A stretch of DNA of 64,000 nucleotides from Flectonema sp. DT1601. Taxonomy: Eukaryota. A program made the translations under genes and the position numbers. The stretch is from contig OZ025793.1 in assembly GCA_964019425.1 (NCBI GenBank), positions 310,001 through 374,000 on the forward strand, in the 5' to 3' direction. The notes below the pieces were generated by a model that had not been told where the DNA came from, did not search any database, and saw only the letters and a list, made by a program, of their open reading frames with translations. Below are positions 12,959 to 25,482 of this stretch, in pieces. How positions within the stretch are numbered: position 1 is the first letter of the stretch; each line of letters starts with the position of its first letter.

Positions 12959-15900
12959 CAAAAAAAAAAATGCAAAATTTCGTAAGACAACAAACAAGCT
13001 GGTTTCGGCTAAGATTAAAAACAATATAGTTAGTATCATTAAAAACAATATAGTTAGTTAGTTATTTAATCTAACTTTACTATACTATGAGTTCTCGAGG
13101 AGGTAACTCACAGCAACAGAAGATCTAATACGTAGCCGTCTCCGAAGACTCGGCAACGGCTTCACACATTCTTCATTCTTAACAAGAATCACCTTTGTAG
13201 CCAGAGGGTCCACATACTAAGTATTTGTTGACCAGAAATATAAGGAGAAGCAAGCCACTCCTTAGTTATGTACGGAAGGACACGACGAGCCACAACGTGT
13301 ACCTTGTTGCGTCAATAAATATTTCACTTCTGTTTTTTTTTTTTATTCTCTTTCCTTTTCATTCCCTTTCGGGTGCTATTGGAACAAAAATTTTACATAA
13401 ATAAATAAATAAATAAATTAAAAGATCTTTATAAAAGATTGGGAAAGAGAATCCGCACTAACGTTTTCTGAAGTCTGTGCTGTCTTTCCCAACTGACTAA
13501 CGAACGTTCACAAAATTAAAAGTTTTTGTGTTTTTTTAGTTTTGTTGTTACCGTTTTTTTTTTTTTTTTTTTTTTCGACGCAGATAAAATGAAATACCAG
13601 CATACAATCAAAATTTGGGAGCCTGACTTGGAGTGAACGGAAACTGGCTCGCACAAAGTACCAAATTGGGAGAGCTCAAACGGTAAGAGGATGAATCGTG
13701 ATCAACACAACCAATAAAACAAAAAACACATATGATACAGCAAACTACTCTAGGAAACGGAAACCAGCGTATTTCTCAGTTTTCTTTGTGCCTTCTCAAC
13801 TATGAGGATCACAATACTTACCGTAAAATGAAACATTCTCTCGAAAAAAAAAAAATGATGAATTTTTTTCCTCACAAGAACAATTTTTACAACGCATAAT
13901 GAATCAGCAACGATATCTTCGTTACTGTTATTGAAAAGCTCATTTACTGGTTTTTAAATATTAAACGTAAAAAAAAAAAAAAAAGGGAGATCAGGAGAAT
14001 TGATCATCTGTTGAAAAATGAATACTTATTTTAAACATAGCTCACGACAACAAAGGGAGCCTATCTGTAGCGTATACCGAGAGTAAGAAATGGTTGATTC
14101 AGTTCGATTCTCGACATAGTTCATATTTTTTTTTATTTTCTTTTTTCTAAAAATTCCCCCGCTTTAAGAAACAAAACAGAACACTACTGAGCCAGAAGCT
14201 TTTCAAGGTGCTAGCTTTTATTTGTTTTGATTGTGGTTGCGAGTTGGTTCAACTGCCTCAGGCAGTTGAATAAGACGAAGTGTCTACAGTGAAGTTACCA
14301 AATGGGGGGAATACTCACTGAGGTGTTTTTTTTTTAACCAAAAACGAGAAATATAAACTCCACGCGAGATATATATATAAATTGTGAGAAAATTCCCTTT
14401 ATTATTTTTTTGTTGTTTTTTTTTTTTCCATTTCGTAACAAAAGAGTCGCAGATCACCACACTATAGTAAAACAGCAGGGACCATGCACTCGGTATTAGT
14501 ATAAGGAAAACAAGAATAATGTATCAAATTATATCCTATTTTTTTTTATTGTTCTTAAGCGATTTCGTTCACAAGCGGAAATCTAAGTTTGTCTATCAGA
14601 GTAAGCAGACAGTTAAGCATTCGCCCCTGGGTAACAGTGGTGTAATATAACAGCAGTTTTATGTTTGTTTTTTTTCTTTCTTTCCCTTTTTTTTTTTTTT
14701 TTTTGTTAATTGATACTTCCAGCAGTATGAATTTCATTACTTGTTTTGAGCAAGCAAGGATATTGCCCACCTCAGGTTTTAATTCCTATTTATGTCCTTG
14801 TCAAGGAGAAGTACGCCAGCACTTAATTTCACCAATGGCAAAAGAACAAAACACGGAAAATAAATGTACCACTAGACATCTTAGTTTCAATCACAATAAC
14901 AGCTGCGAAGGATAAGAATTATCTGTACTTGAATATTGATTGCTGCTATTATACTAAAATGATAAAAAGAGATAAATGAGGGGCGTGTAACCAGCTAAGT
15001 TGACAGGTCATTAGCGAACCTACTAACTCCACCTCAATGCCACCTGCTTTGTATAAGTTGTTTGGAAGTTGTCTACAACAAAAATAAGAACAGATACTAG
15101 ATGACTATTTGATACATCCAGTTAGTCACCAGTATCACAATACTCCAACCGGTGAGTATGATAAAAAAGAAACAGTTGGTTGACTTTGATTGAATTTTTT
15201 TTTTTTGCCTTAAGAATAACCCAAAAAACCAGACTACATAACGACAATCAGTGAGGAGGTACTGTATCTCTCTCTCTCTTTCTCTCTTTTTTTTTGTTCT
15301 TTTGTTTTTTTTTTTTTTGTTTCTCCCATTCTTGGGGAAATCAATCAACAATTAAGTTTAACAGTGAGAGAATCGCTGCCCGACCTTGTGCTAAATGCAA
15401 ATTAGCCAGAAAGAGGATAAAGCATTCATACGTAGTAAGTAACTCGGCTGTACTAATTGACGGTAGTAACAAAACAATACTAAGACGTGAAATGTGCATG
15501 CGAGGACGATGGTAAGAGTTGTTATTATTATGTTCCATCGCTTGCAACGAGAAGAAAAACCTTCTATCTCAAATTGTCTGTTTTTTCCTTGTTCCAAACA
15601 GGAATGGTGTACGTTGCTGACCACAAAGGCTCTGTGGATATTTTGTCTACCTTAAGGGACGCAACATTGAAAAAGAAAATTAGTGGAAAGATGCGGCTGA
15701 AGATATAAATATGAATCCCTCCACAGTGATCAAGAATATTTTGTTGAGTCATTGCGTGATAGGTACGGTTGTTCTTACACTATAAGGCAACAAGACCTCA
15801 TCAAATTATCTTTCCTTACCAAACCGCACAAAAGCTGTAGCTGAGGGGAAAAAACTTTTTCCACAAAAAAAACGCATGACAAAGATCACGACTACCGTAC

Positions 15901-16993
15901 TGTTTGTCTATTTTATGGAGAGCACGCTCCACGAAGGTGAAAAAAAGAAAGTTGCGCATGACAGTTTTTTCAACTGTCTGGGCAAATAGTCCAAACTAAT
16001 AAAATATTTTTATTTTCAATACTCCCTCAAAAGGAATAGTTCAACATTGGTAATATGATCATCTTATATAAATGGAACAGCATAAGTTTTAAACTGGTGA
16101 TGTGTGACGGGGATGGAATCACGAGGAAGAAAAAACACAGAATTATTTCTCGAACCAAGAACACAGAGAGACTTGGCATCACGTAACGACTTCGCCACAT
16201 GTGAAGTACACTACGTGGTCGCAAGTTAGCATTTACACGACAAGAAGTGAAGGGAAAACAGAAAGTTACTCAGATGAGGGAAGGCATCGTTTTCAGCCCT
16301 GGGAGGGTTGTTTGGGATCAAGGCTAAACACTTACGGGAAATACAATGAAACCACAAGTGGCTTTCTGTCAGAAAAAACCATCCAGCAAGAAAGGAAATA
16401 GCTTCGCTCTCAAGGCACAAATACCACCTCTGTGCTCAATGCTGTCAACATTATTAATCACATTGTTCATCACATTCTCACATGATAACAAAGCGACAAG
16501 AGAGGCTAGTTTAAGAATCTTGTGCAGAGAACTCAACATGGCTTCACTCCTCTTAGTATTTTAAAGAAGGAAATGGTTTGTTTTTTCTTCTTAAGTACTT
16601 GGAAGCAACAATTCCTTCCCTGCCAGCTTGGGATTTTTGTGCAAGAACAGAGTAATAGGGGGAAAAATAAACAGAAAAAAAACGTTGAGCAGACAAGGGA
16701 ACCAAACTACTTGACATTCTTCAAGGAGACTATGCCTTGGGGATTAACTATTTCACGCTTAGTCGCCTTAGCTTTATGCATTGGTTTTTACAGAGACAGC
16801 GACAGCATGAATTAGAGGACCTTTAAAAGGATAATTGGTACATAAACTAGACCTACTTAACTGAAACTATCTCACTAACAACTTAAGTTGCCAGAGCGGA
16901 AAATATTTGAGCTGGTTTGTTGCGGCTCTGTATTCTTGTACGATTCTAACCAACACATAAGACAGAATTACAATTATTACAATTCAGTTTAGT

Positions 16994-19228
16994 TCACTCT
17001 GCAAGTATGTAAGACATCCAGACAGTTGGATCTAAAATGTGAAGGACGTACTTTCTAACAACAGGGAGAAGCTCTTCATAGCTGAAGGTTTCTTGGATTT
17101 CAGCTCCGACTTCTTGAAGCATGGAATCGAAGATGAAACTAGGAGGGGGCTGAACACCAATTTGGTTGCAAATATCATCAATAGCATCCTTGATATGACT
17201 TCTGAATAAGAATCCAGTTCCTTCTTCGTCATTCGCAGCAAATGTTGATTCAGTTACTTGTCTACACTTAGAGAAGTCAAGACAATATTCCATCCACTTA
17301 GCAGCGTCAACACCTGAGTTAAGCTTCTTAAGAGATGTCATAATTTCTTTTGCTGCCTCTTTTTGCAACCCCACACTTGGTAAGCCGAGTGTTACTGGCA
17401 CTTGAATACTTTCCCCCTGCCTGTCAATTTCCACTAAAACATTACTCTTGTGGTATACGCAGCTGCTAACACTCAACTCTCTCTTTAGCGATGCAGGTGA
17501 GTTGACCTCCCAGCCATTCACAGAGGCTATCCTGTCATCCTTAATAATACCAGGGATGTCTGAGTAAGTAACATCTAAATCGTCATTAGCTGATAGCTCA
17601 AGAAACCCAGAAGGAAAACAGTTTCCCATGCAAAGACCGTTATGAAGAGATATCAGGCGATCTCTTATAAGCAATAAGCATTTCTTGCACTTGGTACGGG
17701 AGCCTTCGCCGTAGATTACATCGAGAAACAAAGCTCTGAGATACGGGAAGAACTCATCAAAAGAGATAACACCGTTACCATCATCGTCAATTTCCGTGAA
17801 TGCTTCATCTGCGGATTCTTTAGAAGGAGGTTCCACTCCAGAAAGCTGTGATAAGTTCGTAAAAACTCCGTACATTTCCTCCTCATCTAAATATCCGTTT
17901 CCATCAAGATCAGCAGCTTGGAATGCAGCTTCAATGTGTCGAGTGCATGCTACTGGATTAGACATAAAGTCATCCATCACTTCTGCATTGATGGTCGGGA
18001 AAATCTTAACGAGCCTCGATAATCTTTTCAGTCTGCTTACTTTTGCCGCTTCAGTTTCCGGTCCAACAACAACAGGGCAGCTAATTACTCCTCTCTGTAA
18101 AGATGAGCGCACTGGTATATGATTCTTAGGCTCTGGTTTACCTAGAACTTGAGTCTTCCACTTGAGAATATCCTGTGGATGACGCACAACGTGAATTTCA
18201 ATTATAGTTCCTTGAAATACCTCACTGCGAGGCCCGACTGCTCTGTTGAAGTCATTTCTACTTTGCATTTTGAAAGATCCGTGCTTTGGAGTAACAATCT
18301 TTGTTATGTAGTCACCCTTTTGCAGACCGCCAAGGGCAGCAGAACCCTCGGGAGTGACAGAAGTTATTTTGAGGTCCTTCGAAATTTTCATTTGTAGTGA
18401 TCCGACTTGCCCAAAGGGCATGCATCGAATTTGGTGAGACGCAAGATACTTTTCCTTCAAAGATAAACCACATTGAGAACATTGGACAAGGTCTGTAACA
18501 CATGTTGCCATATGGTCTTCAAGAGTGTCAGCTGTAATTTTGAGGCAACAAACACTACATTCAACCAGTCGTTTTGGGCAGAATTTCCTTTCATGTAAAG
18601 GCATGCCCACGGAAGGATCAACTCTTTGAGAACACGCATCACAATTGGCAAGTGAACAAGTGGTCATGTGATCAGGTAATTCTTTAGCAGTCATGTGTTT
18701 ACCACAACTTTTGCACTGCACAGGTCTCTTGGGGCAAAACTTAGTGAGATGTTCTTCTAACGATAAGCTAGTACTACTTCTTTCACATTGTGGGCATACC
18801 CAACAAGCTGAATTATTTAATGGGTTACTAATTGATGAACCGAGGTATGTTGGAGACCTCACCAATGGAACGTACGTTGGAGATCTTACTGCAGGATGTG
18901 GGATCGTAGGTGACTTGCCGTCTTTGTTAGGCGATACGACTGTTCCGGCAAGAGATCCCCCACTTCTCTGACAAAACGATGAGCTCATCGACCAACAGGA
19001 ATTTCTTCTAAACATCGGCGTTATCTTAGACTGCGATCTCGCTTCACTTAAATCCATGCAACTCCCTGCACCACACAACATCAAATCTCTCACATTCATT
19101 TCATTTCTCTCAATATCAGAGCTGCTATCCGAGTTAGAGATCGATTCCTCATCAATGTAAAGAATGTCAGGTTGCTGCAATGTAATTTTTATACTCCTCT
19201 CGAGCAAAGCCTCTTCTTTCCCTCCCAT
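16994..19228 (-). CDS. Protein with TRAF-type zinc fingers, PDZ-like domains and EF-hands (~744 aa)
   Basis: Repeated C-x2-C...H...CPKRPVxC fingers; PDZ-like ITSVTPEGSAALGGLQKGDYITKI; canonical EF loops DLDGNGYLDEEE and DDDGNGVISFDE. The first ATG (19228) follows a pyrimidine tract plus AG. Confidence 0.85.
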   Translation of the reverse strand: MGGKEEALLERSIKITLQQPDILYIDEESISNSDSSSDIERNEMNVRDLMLCGAGSCMDLSEARSQSKITPMFRRNSCWSMSSSFCQRSGGSLAGTVVSPNKDGKSPTIPHPAVRSPTYVPLVRSPTYLGSSISNPLNNSACWVCPQCERSSTSLSLEEHLTKFCPKRPVQCKSCGKHMTAKELPDHMTTCSLANCDACSQRVDPSVGMPLHERKFCPKRLVECSVCCLKITADTLEDHMATCVTDLVQCSQCGLSLKEKYLASHQIRCMPFGQVGSLQMKISKDLKITSVTPEGSAALGGLQKGDYITKIVTPKHGSFKMQSRNDFNRAVGPRSEVFQGTIIEIHVVRHPQDILKWKTQVLGKPEPKNHIPVRSSLQRGVISCPVVVGPETEAAKVSRLKRLSRLVKIFPTINAEVMDDFMSNPVACTRHIEAAFQAADLDGNGYLDEEEMYGVFTNLSQLSGVEPPSKESADEAFTEIDDDGNGVISFDEFFPYLRALFLDVIYGEGSRTKCKKCLLLIRDRLISLHNGLCMGNCFPSGFLELSANDDLDVTYSDIPGIIKDDRIASVNGWEVNSPASLKRELSVSSCVYHKSNVLVEIDRQGESIQVPVTLGLPSVGLQKEAAKEIMTSLKKLNSGVDAAKWMEYCLDFSKCRQVTESTFAANDEEGTGFLFRSHIKDAIDDICNQIGVQPPPSFIFDSMLQEVGAEIQETFSYEELLPVVRKYVLHILDPTVWMSYILAE

Positions 19229-20139
19229 GTTTACTTGCAAAGGGTGGGGCTGGAGGAAAAAATAATATGAGTGGAAAAAATTAACTTTGAAAATTAGAAA
19301 CAAGCAACAGAGTTATCCGACTTGCAAACCAAGTAGTGCACTTAAACTATTTAAAAAAAATAAAAGAAAGTAGAACAAACAGATCGCCAAGTTGCTCACC
19401 GACTCCCCAGCGCTAACTCACAAGAGGGAGGTGCTGTTAATTACCTTGGAGGCTGCAATGCACTCCCCATGTTGCCCTATGATGGAAACTGTGAATCACA
19501 GTATGAGGAAGAGTTATTTTTAAAAAAAATGCAGCTGAAATTCAAAAAATTGTGACATTTTTGTGTGGTGAAAAATTTGAATAATGGAACTGTTGATGTC
19601 TAATCGGCTGCCCCGGGTGCTAAAATGAAAGATCGGTATATGGTTCTATATCCGGCCGTACCTGGTCGGATGTTTTACTCTGAAACAGTTACAAAGGCTG
19701 CTCGAAGCAAAGCAGTACCTTGTACATCTTACACTACACTTAGCCTATTTCTATTTTTGATTAGGCTTAGCTCTTTTGGCAACTTTTACTGCTGACTTTC
19801 TTCGTTTTCCTACCGGCAATGAACCGATAATAGAACTAGTTGAACGCAGCGATCTGAAACTGGAACTAGAACTAGATTCACTAACAGAGCAAGAGCCAGT
19901 AGAAGACTCACCAGAATCTGAGGTGGGTTCAGTTGTTTCTGAAATAGCCAACTTTCATCGCAGCGGGAATGAAATCAGCGGTGCAAAAGCGATTAAAATG
20001 GTTATTCGGTTTTAAGTTTTACTCCCTATTTTCACCCATAAAATACTGGAACCCTAAAATGGACGGTTATTTTTGGAATGACTAATATAACTAAACTGAG
20101 AGGAATACAATAAACTTCACAAGCAATACTTAGTAATAC

Positions 20140-20255
20140 TATTTCGTCCTTCACCCCTTTAAGCAAAGCAAGGCTAAAGTTCCGATCATTCGGATCAGAA
20201 TGGAGGGACATCGATGAAAAAGCAGAAGAAGAACTCCAAGCCTTCATATAGACTG
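20140..20255 (+). pseudogene. Diverged relic of the HERO-like retrotransposon N-terminal region
   Basis: Translates to FTPLSKARLKFRSFGSEWRDIDEKAEEELQAF*, against FTPLHPSRLKFRSFGTEWKDIDVSAAEKLQTF at ~45721-45820. Confidence 0.75.
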
Positions 20256-20376
20256 ATAGAAAACTGATCGGCGCAGTAAACAATGTTGCTCAAGACATTA
20301 TGCTTTATTTTTATCTTCCTTTTTTTATAAATACTGGTTTGCCATGTTAAGACAGATAGAAAACGGATCGGCATCA

Positions 20377-21230
20377 TTAAACAATGTCGCTCGAGGCATT
20401 ATACTTTGTCTTTTCTCTTCTTTTTTTATAAATACACCTGCTACTCGTTGGTAGCAGGTGAAAGTTGGCTCGCACCAACCCCCACATTTGGATCATCTTC
20501 ATCAATCGGTACAAAGCAGCCAGCACCAGGTACAACGCAATTTTCAAAGTTTCCAACAATGCAGTGTTTGCAGTAGCAGGACAACGGCCGGTGTCCAACA
20601 GTGCCCCTCTGACAGAGAGCTAAAGCAGAATATGCTGCTGCGGATATCCTTTATACGAACTGTCGTTGTACGGCCTGCATTGGTTGCAGTGGCCAAAGAA
20701 GCAGTTGTAAGACGGGTCTCGACATAGTATGAGTGGTAGGTCACTCAAGCGGGTTAGCTGACGGCTCTTCTCAGGCCCACAAGTCTTATGTAAGCAGGAA
20801 GGACAAGTGCAACTTGCATGTGCCACCTGCAACGGCATCGAGGGTTATTCGGACAAGATTTGACATGAGCAGGCCTTTTGTCACAAAACTGAGCATATGA
20901 GATAGAGCGCAGAGGAGCATACGCCGGGGATTTCAAGACTACCGCGAAGTCACGGCAGGGTGGCTCAAGAAGCTTGTTGAACTTCGAATTCCGTCTTTTC
21001 GCGTTAGTGTGCGAGGTGCAGTTGTAGTTGTCTGAGGAGCACGCCTTGTCGGTTCTTGTATTCCCGAAGTGCTTGTATTTCCGAAGGCATGCGATGCAGA
21101 TGTTGCCTTTCTCCCGCTCCGATTTAGCATCCTCATTACCGGTCCTGGCAAATCCGCGACAACATACTCAGCTGGTATCTCGTGGCACGTGTGACACTTC
21201 ATTGAGAGAAGTTTAAGCTGGTGCTGAAGG
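20377..21230 (-). pseudogene. Possible degenerate Cys-rich coding remnant
   Basis: A chain of overlapping minus-strand ORFs in shifting frames with CxxC motifs and higher GC than the flanks; no family recognised. Confidence 0.25.
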
Positions 21231-21879
21231 GAATAATAAGTGTAGTTACGAGAAAAAATGCCAATCTCTGATGCATTTCCCTTTTTTTTCCAGAAAAAAA
21301 TTAAATGCAGCAACAGGATTAACTTTTCCGTGCCTATAAAAAAGCAACAGGATTAACTTTTCCGTGTCTATAAACTGATTGTTTTTTTTTTTTAACCCTT
21401 ACACCACCGTAAGAACCCCCAAAACAACGGGTCCAAAATTTTACTGTTTTTCAAAAAGAGAAAAGGTACCCCCCCAGAAAACCTATGTACCAAACCGGAC
21501 ACAACTACCCCTACGGGTCAATAGCACCTGCCACCCGCACACCTAACGGTGCGTACCTTGGTGCGTTGCTGCACATTCAGCAAAACTAAAAATAAAGTCG
21601 GCAGTGTCGCACTAACGTACTCAACGGTTTCCATTCATAGCAGCTGCATGTTATTCCCTTCCCGTATTTTGAAAGGAATGATGTTTCTGCGCAACATCAT
21701 GTCAGAGGGAGCCCAAGTAAAGAGAATGCCAAATCACGGCCGATATTAAATCGAAAAATCAGATTTTTTCCCTGTTTTTTGAGCTTGTAAAAGCCCTCCG
21801 TGGTAGCGGAAAATACACGAACAACCCGCATCATGGCACAGCAGGTTCAGACACACAGGAGGATTACCACATTGAATGC

Positions 21880-22025
21880 AAGAATGTCAAGGTTGGTCAC
21901 CTTGCCTATCAACGCACAACATTGGTGGTCTCTACTAGACCCTGAGTGATCCCACTGGATCTCTCATCGTTCATAGTACCTATGTGAAGTTATAAAATCA
22001 AAGGTAAACTATGAACTACAAATGC
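21880..22025 (-). mobile_element. Family A internal fragment
   Basis: Near-identical to ~34818-34962. Confidence 0.8.
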
Positions 22026-22192
22026 TATGAAGATTTGAATTGCTACTCTCAGCTGGTGCAAGTCATTGTATTGTGTTTTATAAAGAGGTTTTTCTGATGC
22101 AGCTATTATTGTTATTGTTATTATTGTTGTTTTTGTTATGTCCCAAAAGATGTCTTGGAAGTTGACACTAAACCTTCCACCGTTTTTACACT

Positions 22193-22500
22193 CTACCTCT
22201 CGTTTACACAGGCAAATAACAGGAACCTCATTCCTGATGCAGGAATGTTTCGGTGCTTATGGGTGCTGTCACTGGGTGCTATCGCGCTCTTGAGGCCGTC
22301 GCACCGCACTTGTACGTTGTCGGCTAAGTCGCCGCTGCAGCTGTTGCAGACTATAACGTCACATGCATCAGTTACAGGCGATAGCATCAACTTGATGAAG
22401 AGAGTGGCTCACCTGCACTGGAGCATGGATGCAGATGAAGGAGGAGGTTTGCCACACTGCCGCTGCTCCTCCACCTCTGAAGGAAGCTGATCGTCACTCG
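22193..22500 (-). pseudogene. Possible degenerate PHD-finger-like coding remnant
   Basis: VCNSCSGDLADNVQVRCDG...H spacing resembles a PHD finger but is incomplete and interrupted by stops. Confidence 0.25.
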
Positions 22501-22534
22501 CTTGGTTTGCTTGGCATCTGGCATAGTTAATCGC

Positions 22535-22728
22535 CTAAAAAAAACAAAATAAACAGGTTTGTACTATTACCCTCTTAAGTGTTTCTTTGTGCCTGCTTGC
22601 CGATGCCTTGCAATCTTTTCTTCGCTGACGATTGGCTGGGATGCGACCCCCCGTAGGAGAGCAGAAGTGAAGGGAGGGCCGATCCCAAAAGGATCCAGCC
22701 CCTATCCCCCCTGTTGATTTATTCACTC
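22535..22728 (+). mobile_element. Family C 3' end (CAAAA-hairpin insert; 5' limit uncertain)
   Basis: GGGC-C-GATCC-CAAAA-GGATC-CA-GCCC at 22676-22701, ending TTATTCACTC. The same 3' end recurs at 27141-27208. Confidence 0.7.
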
Positions 22729-23128
22729 CAGGTGTGAGTAGTTTTTTTGTTCTTGCTCTTCAGGGAGGGCCTTAGCCAAAAGCTAACAGTCCAAATCTCA
22801 CCTGGTAACTTAACTCTCTCTCCTGTTGTGACAAACACAAAATACACACACAGCTTACAGTGTGTTCTTTGTGTATGTTTTCTTCAGGTGTGAGTAGTTT
22901 TTTAGTTCTTGCTCTTCAGGGAGGGCCTTAGCCAAAAGCTAACAGTCCAAATCTCACCTGGTAACTTAACTCTCTCTCCTGTTGTGACAAACACAAAATA
23001 CACACACAGCTTACAGTGTGTTCTTTGTGTATGTTTTCTTCAGGTGTGAGTAGTTTTTTAGTTCTTGCTCTTCAGGGAGGGCCTTAGCCAAAAGCTAACA
23101 GTCCAAATCTCACCTGGAAATTCAACTC
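22729..23128 (+). repeat. Three tandem copies (156-bp period) of the family A 3' terminus
   Basis: Ends at 22816, 22972 and 23128, each after GGGC-C-TTAGC-CAAAA-GCTAA-CA-GTCC. Confidence 0.9.
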
Positions 23129-23395
23129 CGTTTGTTAGCTGCTGGTGTAATTAAATCATTGCATTTGTTTATTTGTTATCTTTTACTACAATTACTGTTC
23201 TGGTCTGTTACTTCATTTGTCTTGTTTAACTTCAGTTATATCCATTTTACTTTTTATTGTTTCCCATCTACTTTTTATTTTCTATTAGTTCTGGTCAGAA
23301 ACTCCTGGGCAGCAAGAAGGAAAGTAGTTAAGTACTTCTGGGTGTTTGGCATCACCCCCCATAGTGAGCAAGTACAACAGGTAGCATTGGTAGTC

Positions 23396-24150
23396 GAATA
23401 AGAAATTTGGGAGAGGAATGGGGGCAGTGAACTTTTGATTCAGGCCCTTCCCATCGAACAGGACGAAGACTTCTAAAACCTGAGATGAACCAATTGAGTT
23501 GAAACAAACAAATAACAGAGACGCAACACATACCGGAACATCATCGCAAGCAATGCTTCGGACCTCCGTCGACCTTCGTTCTTCCGGCGGCAAAGGGAAA
23601 CAAGAAAGAACGGGCAATGAGACAAACCTGTTAGTTGGTGTTGTGTTGTTGTTAAAAACAAAAACATAAACGCCAGGAAGTTCGACAACGAAGACATCGA
23701 CATCGATCGCTGCTCTGCAGATGTCCGGCGGGTGTTTGTCTACACTGTGTTTATTGTTTGTTTTTTTCCCAAGGTTCAACCCTGGGAAGAGAAGTAAAAA
23801 ATTCCGTCAGTGTTGGCCTTCCTGTTCGAAGGTGCGCACCAATGACGATAAATAGAGTGGGGGGGAGAAAACCTTTGATCCAACTGGATCCCTTCACGAG
23901 CTGACATTGCCATGTGAAGTTAAATATTCTGGCGATGCCAGCTCAGGCGACTTAGCCTGCTTTTTTCTTTAAATAAAAAAAATAAAAAGATACCAACAGG
24001 TGGGGTGATGGGTTGCACCACTGCAATCCAGTCACAAAAAGAAACAAAGGTAATCTCAAGGGTTCTCGACCCTTGGCTCTCCCTGCGCAAGCATCGCATG
24101 GAGGGTGACGCTAAGCACCCGGGGGGTACGAAACAAACTTTCCCCCTGCT
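23396..24150 (-). mobile_element. Family D insert (~750 bp) within a family A copy
   Basis: Unique sequence interrupting A. Its minus-strand 3' end has GGGC-C-TGAAT-CAAAA-GTTCA-CT-GCCC (23447-23422) followed by ...TTCTTATTC. Confidence 0.65.
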
Positions 24151-25224
24151 GTCCTGAGTGATCCCAGCTACAGTTTTGTTTTTCTTTCTTTTTTTTAGAA
24201 GAAGATCAGGACAGCCTAGCACTGCTGGATAGTTGCTGAATGCAGGGCCTGCCTGTGGCATTATAATAACAGGCTAAGTCATTTGAAGTTCATAGTTTAC
24301 CTTTGATTTTATAACTTCACATAGGTACTATGAACGATGAGAGATCCAGTGGGATCACTCAGGGTCTAGTAGAGACCACCAATGTTGTGCGTTGATAGGC
24401 AAGGTGATCAACCTTGACATTCTTTCTTTTCTCTCCTGTTGTGACAAACACAAAATACACACACAGCTTACAGTGTGTTCTTTGTGTATGTTTTCTTCAG
24501 GTGTGAGTAGTTTTTTTGTTCTTGCTCTTCAGGGAGGGCCTTAGCCAAAAGCTAACAGTCCAAATCTCACCTGGAAATTCAACTCTTCTGGTCTGTTACT
24601 TCATTTGTCCTGTTTAACTTCAGTTATATCCATTTTACTTTTTATTGTTTCCCATCTACTTTTTATTTTCTATTAGTTCTGGTCAGAAACTCCTGGGCAG
24701 CAAGAAGGAAAGCAGTTTAGTACTTCTGGGTGTTTGGCATCACCCCCCATAGTGAGCAAGTACAACAGGTAGCATTGGTAGTCTGTTGATCCTGAGTGAT
24801 CCCAGCTACAGTTTTGTTTTTCTTTCTTTTTTTTAGAAGAAGATCAGGACAGCCTAGCACTGCTGGATAGTTGCTGAATGCAGGGCCTACCTGTGGCATT
24901 ATAATAACAGGCTAAGTCATTTGTAGTTCATCGTTTACCTTTGATTTTATAACTTCACATAGGTACTATGAACGATGAGAGATCCAGTGGGATCACTCAG
25001 GGTCTAGTAGAGACCACCAATGTTGTGCGTTGATAGGCAAGGTGACCAACCTTGACATTCTTTCTTTTCTCTCCTGTTGTGACAAACACAAAATACACAC
25101 ACAGCTTACAGTGTGTTCTTTGTGTATGTTTTCTTCAGGTGTGAGTAGTTTTTTTGTTCTTGCTCTTCAGGGAGGGCCTTAGCCAAAAGCTAACAGTCCA
25201 AATCCCACCTAGTAAATTCAACTC
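24151..25224 (+). mobile_element. Two head-to-tail partial family A copies
   Basis: Both end in AATTCAACTC (24585, 25224) and match the reverse complement of ~34656-35295. Confidence 0.85.
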
Positions 25225-25225
25225 C

Positions 25226-25482
25226 TAACGGAGATAACGTGACTCTCTTGTCGTAAAATCTTGGTCGGCGTGCGGTCGCAGAGCTTCACTCTGCGGCATT
25301 GTCGGAAGAATAGAGGCTAGAGGACAAAGAGGGGTGATATAATTAAGGGTAGGGATAAGGGGTTTAATAAGAGGAGTAAAAAGACTACTCGTAGTTGTAA
25401 AGAGCGAGAGGTAGTTCTTTGCTATCTTCATCATAGCAACAGATTCATACAAAATAGGGGATCGGGGGGAAACTTGTTGACT
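25226..25482 (-). pseudogene. Fragment of the HERO-like ORF C-terminal extension
   Basis: Encodes YESVAMMKIAKNYLSLFTTTSSLFTPLIKPLIPTLNYITPLCPLASI, as at ~52252-52508, with a few substitutions and a frameshift. Confidence 0.9.

Noticed and set aside
14248..14270. Perfect 11-bp inverted repeat TTCAACTGCCT-C-AGGCAGTTGAA
   Set aside because: Single occurrence with no associated feature.
21309..21373. 34-bp-period direct repeat GCAACAGGATTAACTTTTCCGTG(C/T)CTATAAA
   Set aside because: A simple local duplication with nothing inserted between the copies.
24166..24176. AGCTACAGTTT resembling part of a euglenozoan spliced leader (from memory)
   Set aside because: Only 11 nt; the rest of the exon and the GT donor are absent.
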